64,000 nucleotides of DNA from a bacterium (lineage in GTDB: Bacteria > Patescibacteriota > Minisyncoccia > Phycocordibacterales > CAIZLB01), in assembly GCA_037127815.1 (NCBI GenBank), contig JBAXXP010000003.1, forward strand, positions 24,096-88,095, read 5' to 3'. Every line of letters begins with the position of its first letter. Within the stretch, counting starts at the first letter, position 1. Below, one piece after another: positions 56,791-64,000 of the stretch. The notes below the pieces were generated by a model. It made no database searches. It saw nothing but the letters and a program-made list of their open reading frames with translations, and was not told where the DNA came from. A program made the translations under genes and the position numbers.

Positions 56791-58311
56791 CTAGTAGTTC
56801 TTCAATCTATTAACCTTATCATGCTGTCTTATCTTCTCATGCGCTTTAGCCTCAATTTGCCTAATGCGCTCACGAGTTACTCCAAACATCTTACCAACCT
56901 CCTCAAGTGTATGTTGAATTCCATCAGCAAGCCCGTGACGCAACATTAAAATCTCTCTTTCCTTCTCAGAAAGATCTGCCAATATCTCCTTGACCTGGTC
57001 AGCAAGAATTCTTCTTGATGATTCTTGATCTGGTGAAAGAATCTTATCATCAGGAATAAAGTCTCCAAATGTTGACTTATCATCATCATCACCAACTGAT
57101 GCATCCAATGAAACCGTTGTTTGATCTATTTTTTCAATTGTATAAATCTTCTCAACATCTATTCCCATTTCAATTGCAATTTCCTCAGGTAATGGATCAC
57201 GTCCCAAGTCTTGAGTAAGTCTTCTTAGGACTTGCTTATACTTTGCGATAGTCTCAACCATGTGAACTGGAACTCTAATTGTTCTTGATTGATCAGCTAG
57301 AGCACGAGTAATTGACTGTCTAATCCACCATGTTGCATAAGTTGAAAACTTAAAACCCTTTGACCAATCAAACTTATCTACAGCTTTAAACAAACCAATA
57401 TTTCCCTCTTGAATCAAGTCAAGTAATGTTAAATCAGGACTTCTGTTTGCATATTTTTTTGCAATAGAAACTACAAGTCTCAAGTTTGCCTTAGCAAGCA
57501 ACCCTTCCGCTTCCTTATCGCCATTTTGAATTCTTTTAGCAAGATCCTTTTCTTCTGATCCGGTAATCAAAGGATATTGTCCAATTTCCTTAAGGTACAT
57601 TTGAATTGAGTCGTAATTTGAATCAGTTTTAGTAACTGTATACTTCTTAAGAAGAGCCTCTTCTTGATTACTTACGTCAAGCATTCCCCCACCTTCAAGA
57701 ACATCGATTCCTGCTGTTTGAAGTCTCTCATACAGAACATCAAGAAAGCTAATGTCTTCTTCAATATTTGGAAATTCTTTCAAAATCTCATCGTATGTAA
57801 CAAATCCTCTATCTCGTCCTCTACCAAGTAAAACTGTTGCCTTCTCCTCCCAAGTAGAAGTCTTCCCTTTTGCGCTGGTTTTTGTTGAGTGAAACGCAGA
57901 TTTGTCTGTCTTTTTCAAAACTTTAACAACAACTTTTTTCACTTTTTCTTTTTTATCAACAACTACTTTTACTGCAGGTACTTTTTTTACAGCTTTTATT
58001 TCCACCTTTTTGATTGGCTTCTTTTCCACAACTTTTATTTTTTTATCTGAAGCCTTAGGTGTTATTTTATTCAATTTTTTATTTATATTTATTTTATTTT
58101 TATCTAAATTTTTATCTACAGATTTTTTTTCGATCTTGATATTTTTTTTCTCGGTTTTTACGTTCTTTGCATTCTTATTTAAAATAGGTTTTGTAATCTT
58201 CGTAGATAATGAAACCTTACTTTTTGAAACAATTTTTGTTTTAGTAGTGCTTTTTGGAGCGCTTTTTTGTACCGGCTTATTTAGTTTTTTATTTTGTTTG
58301 TCTTTTGTCAT
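56791..58311 (-). CDS. rpoD: RNA polymerase sigma-70 factor RpoD with ~140-aa lysine-rich N-terminal extension
   Basis: Regions 2-4 are conserved ([25 protein letters not shown]). The N-terminal KKV/KKI repeats replace the usual acidic region 1.1. Confidence 0.9.
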   Translation of the reverse strand: MTKDKQNKKLNKPVQKSAPKSTTKTKIVSKSKVSLSTKITKPILNKNAKNVKTEKKNIKIEKKSVDKNLDKNKININKKLNKITPKASDKKIKVVEKKPIKKVEIKAVKKVPAVKVVVDKKEKVKKVVVKVLKKTDKSAFHSTKTSAKGKTSTWEEKATVLLGRGRDRGFVTYDEILKEFPNIEEDISFLDVLYERLQTAGIDVLEGGGMLDVSNQEEALLKKYTVTKTDSNYDSIQMYLKEIGQYPLITGSEEKDLAKRIQNGDKEAEGLLAKANLRLVVSIAKKYANRSPDLTLLDLIQEGNIGLFKAVDKFDWSKGFKFSTYATWWIRQSITRALADQSRTIRVPVHMVETIAKYKQVLRRLTQDLGRDPLPEEIAIEMGIDVEKIYTIEKIDQTTVSLDASVGDDDDKSTFGDFIPDDKILSPDQESSRRILADQVKEILADLSEKEREILMLRHGLADGIQHTLEEVGKMFGVTRERIRQIEAKAHEKIRQHDKVNRLKNY

Positions 58312-58387
58312 AGCTCCTTTTGTTTAAAGAAATCATATTACAATACCTTGAATGTTACACTAGTTTCATTGTGAAATAAAGTGTTTT

Positions 58388-60286
58388 TTACCCATATAAT
58401 TTCTTTTTCTTTTGCACCTCTGCAAGCTTTAAAGATATCTCTTGGCATTCCTTCAAAATTTTCATCGCTTCATCCTTTTTCTGTAATCTCTCCATTTTAT
58501 TAAGATTATTCATCAAAATAGAAAGTGTCTGTTTTGCTGTTCTCTCTTCAATCTCCAGCAACAACTCTTCTATGTCATGATCTAATTTAGAGCTTCCCGC
58601 AAATAAAACTTCCGCCTCAAATGAAAGTCCCGTTGGAGAAGAAGATATTCTTTCATCAAAATATTTCTTACTCACAGAGTCCAAAAAACTCTCTGCCCTA
58701 CTCAACACTTGTTCTGCTTTATCTAGATTAGCAGAATCTCTTAGCCAAAGAATTAAGCCTATCAATCTGTCTAATGTCTTTTTATCACTATCACTCAGGT
58801 CATCAAAACCCTTTATAGAAGAATGATCCATACTATTGGCCTCCAAATTTTCTCTATCTCCATTTCCTTTGATTCCACCGTCACCTACATTATCACTTAC
58901 GTTACCATCAGACCTAGATGTAGGGTTGTTTTGCAACTTATTTCTTGCAATTAATCTTTCCACCTCCGCTCTCAAATCAGCCTCCTGAATATCTGTTCTC
59001 AAACTAATTCTATTAATAAAATGCGCTCTATCGATTGAGCTCTCGATTGCAAGTACATAGGGTAGCACTTCAATCTCAACCGCTTTCCATAGATCTCTTC
59101 CTTTTAATCCTTCGCCCTCTAGGATGTCAAGATAAAAATCAATTATGTGTTTTGCATTCTTCAAACATGTCTTAAACTTTTCCTTATCTTTTAGTATTAA
59201 CGATGCTGGATCTTCCCCCTTAGGAAGCCCTGCTATTTTAACATCCATTCCAAGTGATAATGCAAGATCCCATGCCTTAAGACTTGCCTTAAGCCCAGCC
59301 TTGTCTGCATCATAGACAATCATTGTATTGTCTGTAAGTCTTTTTATTTTCTCTAAATGAAGTTTTGTAAGAGAAGTTCCTGATGTCGCAACTGTATTAT
59401 TGAATCCCGCCTGATGTGCTAAAAGCATATCAAACTGACCTTCAACTAAAATTGCATAACCAAACTTTCTGATACCTTCCTTTGCTTTATGATATCCATA
59501 AAGTATTTCCGATTTATTAAACAGTGGACCGTCTGGGCTATTTAAATATTTTGGTGCTTCTTTGACTGCATCTTTTGCTACAGTATTCGAATCATCATTT
59601 ACTGCGTTTGTTGATTGAGCAATCTCCGGTTTAGCAAATTCTATAAATCTTCCAGAGTATCCGACAACACGCCCAGATGAGTCAGCTAAAGGAAACATTA
59701 TTCTCTCCCTGAATCTGTCGTATACACTTGTTCCTGTCTGCTTAATTAGTCCAACTTTTTCTGATTCAACAGCAGAAATATTATTTGTTTTTAAATGATC
59801 TTCCAGATTTCTCCACTCATTTAATGCAAGACCAATTCTCCATGCTTTTATAGTCTCATCTGTTAGTCCTCTTTCATACAAATAATCTAATGCAAATTTT
59901 GATTTTGGATTTCCATGTAATTGATTTTCATAAAACACAGTTGATGTTTCAAGAATATTTCTAAGTTTGTCTAAATCAGATTCTTTGCTTCTGTCGTGCT
60001 GAAATTGCATTAATTCAACACCAGCTTTATCAGCCAATATTTTAAGAGCGCCAAGAAAATCTATTCTTTCAAATTCTTCAACAAAGGTAAAAATATCACC
60101 CTTTACTCCGCAACCAAAACAATAGTAATTATTTCTAGCTGGGGAGATAAAAAACGATGGGGTTTTCTCATTATGAAAAGGACAGCGCGCCTTGTAGTTT
60201 GCGCCTGTCTTTTCAATTTTTATGTAAGCTCCAATAACCTCTGCTATTGTAAGCCTTTCTTTTATTGTTTGAGCGGCTGATGACAT
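58388..60286 (-). CDS. dnaG: DNA primase
   Basis: CHC2 zinc finger CPFHNEKTPSF...CFGCG and a Toprim domain EGQFD...DaD. Confidence 0.9.
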   Translation of the reverse strand: MSSAAQTIKERLTIAEVIGAYIKIEKTGANYKARCPFHNEKTPSFFISPARNNYYCFGCGVKGDIFTFVEEFERIDFLGALKILADKAGVELMQFQHDRSKESDLDKLRNILETSTVFYENQLHGNPKSKFALDYLYERGLTDETIKAWRIGLALNEWRNLEDHLKTNNISAVESEKVGLIKQTGTSVYDRFRERIMFPLADSSGRVVGYSGRFIEFAKPEIAQSTNAVNDDSNTVAKDAVKEAPKYLNSPDGPLFNKSEILYGYHKAKEGIRKFGYAILVEGQFDMLLAHQAGFNNTVATSGTSLTKLHLEKIKRLTDNTMIVYDADKAGLKASLKAWDLALSLGMDVKIAGLPKGEDPASLILKDKEKFKTCLKNAKHIIDFYLDILEGEGLKGRDLWKAVEIEVLPYVLAIESSIDRAHFINRISLRTDIQEADLRAEVERLIARNKLQNNPTSRSDGNVSDNVGDGGIKGNGDRENLEANSMDHSSIKGFDDLSDSDKKTLDRLIGLILWLRDSANLDKAEQVLSRAESFLDSVSKKYFDERISSSPTGLSFEAEVLFAGSSKLDHDIEELLLEIEERTAKQTLSILMNNLNKMERLQKKDEAMKILKECQEISLKLAEVQKKKKLYG

Positions 60287-60378
60287 TTAATTTATTTATT
60301 ATATGTGTGACCTCACGCCCCGCAGAAGAAAATCACTTCTACTCCACTTACATAATGCGAAGGGTCTGCATCCTGATG

Positions 60379-60404
60379 CCCCGACCCTACCCACGCACCA
60401 ACCC
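60379..60404 (-). other. G-tract cluster (GGG-N9-GGG-TA-GGG-TC-GGGG on minus strand) in GC-elevated leader upstream of dnaG
   Basis: Read from the sequence. Four G3+ runs lie within 26 nt on the dnaG-sense strand, about 90 nt upstream of the dnaG ATG. Confidence 0.4.
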
Positions 60405-60460
60405 ATCTTACTATGTGTTCACGATTAAAGTTTACGATCAGAATCGTCTATATCTCAATA

Positions 60461-63400
60461 TTAGTTACCCTCTTCTGCAATGACCTCCTCCTTTAGCTTC
60501 TCAATCATCTTCCACTTTTCACTACCAATGAATCCAGAACCAGCAGGAATTAATCTACCGATGATTACGTTTTCCATTATACCGTATAGAGGATCCTTTT
60601 GTGCCTTAAGTGAAGCATTGATAAGCATTCTGTTTGTGTGTTGAAAAGAAGCAGCTGACAAGAAACTTCTTCTTGTAAGTGAAGCCTCTGTAATACCAAG
60701 AACAATTGAATCTCCCTTTGCCTCAATGAATTCAGCTCCCTTAACAAGATCCTTGACTCTGTTATTCTCTTGATCCAATTCAAATTGTTCAACAATATCA
60801 CCAATTGCAAATTGAGTATCTCCCGCAACCTTAATCTTTATACGTGAGAACATTTGACGAACAATAATTTCAATGTGCTTTCTTGAAACATTTTCTCCTT
60901 GTAATTCATAAATCTTCTTAACTTCAGCAATGATATATTCTTGAGTACGAGCTTGTCCTGCGTATGCAAACAACTCTTCAACGCTGGCGTGACCATCTGT
61001 TACAATATCTCCCTTTGATACATGTTGTCCAATTTTAATTAGAGGAACACGGGCATAGTGACATGTGTATTCAATTTCACTTCCTTTCTTACTCTTTGTA
61101 GGAACATCAGGAAGAAGCTTTATTATTTTTTCTTTTCCAACTTCTCTAATGTCTGTAATCATACCATCGTGTGATATAACAACAGCTGCATTTTTTGGAT
61201 TTCTCTTTTCAAATACTTCTTCAACACGAGGAAGTCCGGCTGTAATATCTCCTCCGACAACAGCAACTCCTCCTGAGTGGAATGTACGCATAGTTAGCTG
61301 TGTACCTGGCTCTCCAATAGCTTGTGCTGCAATTGTTCCTACAGCTTCACCTGTTTCTACTAATGCATTTTTACCAAGGTCAGATCCATAACACATTCTA
61401 CAAATACCTCCTGGAGTTTTACATACAAGTGGTGATCTAACAAAAACTTCAGTTACACCTAGCTTATCAAGTTTCTTAGCATCCTCTTTTGTAATCAGGT
61501 GATTTCTCTTGTGTATAACTTCACCTTCTGCATTTAGAATATCTTTTGCAAGAACACGTCCTGATGAAATCTTTAACATTGAAAGGTCAATACCTGATGA
61601 ACCAATTTTGTTAACAATAATACCTTCCTTTGTTCCACAATCCTCTTCTGTAATCATCACACTTTGTGCAACAACGAATAGCTTTCTAGTTAAGTAACCA
61701 GACTTTGCGGTGTTAAGTGCGGTATCAGTCATACCCTTTCTGGCTCCGTGAGATGAAATGAAATATTCAATAGGTGTAAATCCTTCTTTGAAAGATGAAA
61801 TAATTGGAAGCTCCAATGTCTCTCCTTGAGCGTTTGCAATAAGTCCTTTCATACCAACCATCTGTGTAAGGTTACCAACAGAACCTCTAGCTCCTGAAAT
61901 AACCATGTCATATACAGGACTTGTACTATCTAGATTGTCAGAAACAAGTTTTTCAATTTGTGACTTTGTATCTTGCCAAATTGAAACGTTCTTTCTGTGC
62001 TTCTCTTCCTTTGAAAGAAGACCTTCATTGTATTGTTCAAGAACCTCAAGAGATTTATCTTCTGCAATTTTAACAAGTTCAGCCTTTCCTTCTGGAATTT
62101 TAACATCGTCCAATGACCAAGTAACTCCTGACTTTGTAAGATATTTGAAACCAAAATCTTTAAGTGCATCAATAAATGGTGCGACTCTACTAATACCTTC
62201 TACGGTAATAATGTCATCAATAATTGAGTTCAAAATTGATTTAGTAATTTCCTTATTTACGAATGGCTGACTAGCTGGCAAAACGTTGTTGAACAAAATT
62301 CTTCCAATACTTGTTTCAAACATTTTTCCTCTATTCTCTCCATACTTTTCTTCATCTGGCGCAATAACATTAATTTTTGCTCTATATGAAAGTGCGTTAA
62401 AACTAAGTGCTTGAATAGCATCGTCAAAAGATGAAAAATACTTTCCTTCCCCCATATCTCCAGCGATATATCTAGACATCCAGAAAGATCCAAGAACAAT
62501 ATCCAACAACTTTGCGGTAACAGTTGGGTCTCCAGAACCAGGCTTTAGAATGTTTTTATCAGCAGCCATAATTTCTTTAGCTTCTTTTTGAGCTTCTTCA
62601 GAAAGTGGGACGTGAATGGCCATTGTGTCACCATCAAAGTCAGCGTTAAAAGGTGAACAAACTAGGGGGTGAATTTGAATAGCATTTCCTTCAATTAGAA
62701 CTGGCTTGAATGCCATAATTGAAAGTCTGTGAAGAGTAGGTGCACGGTTTAGAAGCACATACTTTTCCTTAATAACTTCTTCAAGAATTGCCCAAACTTC
62801 AGGAATACCATCATCAATTAATCTTGATGCTCCTCTGATGTTGAAAGCAGCTTCCTTTCTAATAAGTTCTGAAACAACGAATGGTCTAAACAACTCAAGC
62901 GCCATGTGCTTTGGAACTCCACATTGATCAAGCTTAAGATTTGGACCTACGACAATTACAGAACGTCCGGAATAGTCAACACGCTTTCCAAGAAGGTTTT
63001 GACGGAACAATCCTCTTTTACCTTTTAGGTTATCAGCAAGAGATTTAAGTGGTCTTCTTTGCGCTGCATTTAGTCCTGCAAAAGATGCATTACCATGTCT
63101 GATTGTATTATCAATCAAAGCGTCAACTGCTTCCTGTAAAATACGCTTTTCATTTCTTAGAATAACGTCAGGGGCATTAATTTCCTTAAGTTTCTTTAAA
63201 CGATTATTTCTGTTGATCACACGTCTGTACAAGTCATTAACATCTGATGTTGCATGACGTCCTCCTTCAAGCGCAACCATAGGGCGAAGTGCTGCAGGAA
63301 TAACAGGAAGCGCATTGATAAACATCCACTCAGGTCTAATCTTTGAACGAACCATTGATTTAATAAGAGCAAGTCTCTTAATCATTTTCTCACGGTCTGC

Positions 63401-64000
63401 TGCACTAACTTTAGTAAAATCAATTTCTAATTGTGCCAAAAGTTTTGACAAATCAAGATTTTTGAAAATATTAAAAACAGCTTCAGCTCCGATTCCAGCT
63501 TCAAAAGCAACACCAAATCTCAATGAGAATTTGTGGTATTGATTTTCATCCAAAACTCTACCAACTTGAATACTTTCAATATCGCGCTTTGCTGACATCA
63601 AAAGATCTGTTAGTGCCTCTTTTGTTTTTTCATCAGTAACAGTTTTTACCTTATTCTTGAATTCACCATCTAATTCTTTTAGAAGTCTAGTTTTTTCTTC
63701 ATCGTTAACATGCGTAATTAGGTAACCAGCAAAATATATAACTTTTTCAACATCACCTTGACTCATTCCAAGAACTTGAGCGACACGAGAAGGCATAGTT
63801 CTCAAATACCAGATATGAGAAACAGGAACACAAAGTTCAATATGTCCCATTCTCTCACGTCTAACAATTGACTTAGTTAATTCAACTCCACATTTTTCAC
63901 AAACAATACCCTTGTATCTAATACCCTTGTACTTTCCACAATAACACTCAAAGTCTCTTTCAGGTCCAAAGATTTTCTCATCAAATAGACCATTTTTCTC
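60461..64000 (-). CDS. rpoC: DNA-directed RNA polymerase subunit beta' (partial; N-terminus lies beyond window end)
   Basis: NADFDGD catalytic motif, trigger loop and overall collinearity. The ORF stays open to position 64000. Confidence 0.95.
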   Translation of the reverse strand, partial: EKNGLFDEKIFGPERDFECYCGKYKGIRYKGIVCEKCGVELTKSIVRRERMGHIELCVPVSHIWYLRTMPSRVAQVLGMSQGDVEKVIYFAGYLITHVNDEEKTRLLKELDGEFKNKVKTVTDEKTKEALTDLLMSAKRDIESIQVGRVLDENQYHKFSLRFGVAFEAGIGAEAVFNIFKNLDLSKLLAQLEIDFTKVSAADREKMIKRLALIKSMVRSKIRPEWMFINALPVIPAALRPMVALEGGRHATSDVNDLYRRVINRNNRLKKLKEINAPDVILRNEKRILQEAVDALIDNTIRHGNASFAGLNAAQRRPLKSLADNLKGKRGLFRQNLLGKRVDYSGRSVIVVGPNLKLDQCGVPKHMALELFRPFVVSELIRKEAAFNIRGASRLIDDGIPEVWAILEEVIKEKYVLLNRAPTLHRLSIMAFKPVLIEGNAIQIHPLVCSPFNADFDGDTMAIHVPLSEEAQKEAKEIMAADKNILKPGSGDPTVTAKLLDIVLGSFWMSRYIAGDMGEGKYFSSFDDAIQALSFNALSYRAKINVIAPDEEKYGENRGKMFETSIGRILFNNVLPASQPFVNKEITKSILNSIIDDIITVEGISRVAPFIDALKDFGFKYLTKSGVTWSLDDVKIPEGKAELVKIAEDKSLEVLEQYNEGLLSKEEKHRKNVSIWQDTKSQIEKLVSDNLDSTSPVYDMVISGARGSVGNLTQMVGMKGLIANAQGETLELPIISSFKEGFTPIEYFISSHGARKGMTDTALNTAKSGYLTRKLFVVAQSVMITEEDCGTKEGIIVNKIGSSGIDLSMLKISSGRVLAKDILNAEGEVIHKRNHLITKEDAKKLDKLGVTEVFVRSPLVCKTPGGICRMCYGSDLGKNALVETGEAVGTIAAQAIGEPGTQLTMRTFHSGGVAVVGGDITAGLPRVEEVFEKRNPKNAAVVISHDGMITDIREVGKEKIIKLLPDVPTKSKKGSEIEYTCHYARVPLIKIGQHVSKGDIVTDGHASVEELFAYAGQARTQEYIIAEVKKIYELQGENVSRKHIEIIVRQMFSRIKIKVAGDTQFAIGDIVEQFELDQENNRVKDLVKGAEFIEAKGDSIVLGITEASLTRRSFLSAASFQHTNRMLINASLKAQKDPLYGIMENVIIGRLIPAGSGFIGSEKWKMIEKLKEEVIAEEGN

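Noticed and set aside
60265-60483. 72-aa ORF in the rpoC-dnaG spacer
   Set aside because: It has no recognisable features and spans the GC-rich leader element. It is more likely non-coding regulatory sequence.

Overview
This 64 kb window comes from an AT-rich bacterium (roughly one-third G+C by eye). It uses the standard genetic code: the long ORFs are intact and TAG, TAA and TGA all terminate genes, so the one in-frame TAG reported below reads as a real nonsense codon. The small proteins, DsbA paralogs, type IV pilus genes and short DnaX are reminiscent of Candidate Phyla Radiation/Patescibacteria, but that cannot be proven from this sequence. Positions 1 to about 23.6 kb look like an accessory defence/mobile island that ends at the 3' end of a tRNA-Gln(UUG) gene. 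The island contains a Type IIS restriction-modification (RM) pair: an AlwI/PleI/Nt.BstNBI-family endonuclease N-terminus running off the window start, plus a tandem-fused double Dam-like N6-adenine methyltransferase. It also contains two paralogous large serine recombinases in direct orientation about 16 kb apart. The left copy is inactivated by an in-frame TAG. Between the recombinases sit a degraded phage-like module (a restriction-endonuclease-fold protein, unknown genes, a GC-rich iteron-like control region, a truncated terminase-large-subunit-like ATPase, a terminase-small-like HTH protein and a ParB-nuclease/DNA-methyltransferase fusion), an unusual interleaved inverted/direct repeat element, and a tightly packed five-gene Type I RM operon (hsdM, X1, hsdS, X2, hsdR). 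In that operon, X2 is an OLD/Gabija-GajA-like ABC-ATPase plus Toprim nuclease occupying the slot that PrrC holds in the prr locus, and X1 is a 2-TM coiled-coil protein with a C-terminal zinc ribbon. I consider this operon the most interesting candidate system. A 1063-aa KAP-family P-loop NTPase with an N-terminal membrane domain lies next to the tRNA. The remainder is mostly housekeeping: dnaX, msrAB, dus, a HAD-family hydrolase, eno, gpmI, a type IV pilus cluster (pilins, pilC, pilB), truB, an exonuclease, two DsbA-like proteins, a family-2 glycosyltransferase, an S1 protease, an orphan OmpR-type response regulator, an AddA/UvrD-like helicase-nuclease, two giant surface proteins, rpoD, dnaG and partial rpoC. 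Noteworthy local features are a promoter-plus-terminator-delimited ~125-nt candidate small RNA convergent with an orphan MazF-like toxin, a G11 homopolymer in a pilin signal peptide, a Bro-N gene cassette flanked by perfect 58-bp direct repeats, a GC-rich two-gene islet bounded by strong hairpins, a lysine-rich N-terminal tail on RpoD, and a G-quadruplex-capable leader upstream of dnaG. No rRNA genes or CRISPR arrays were seen.
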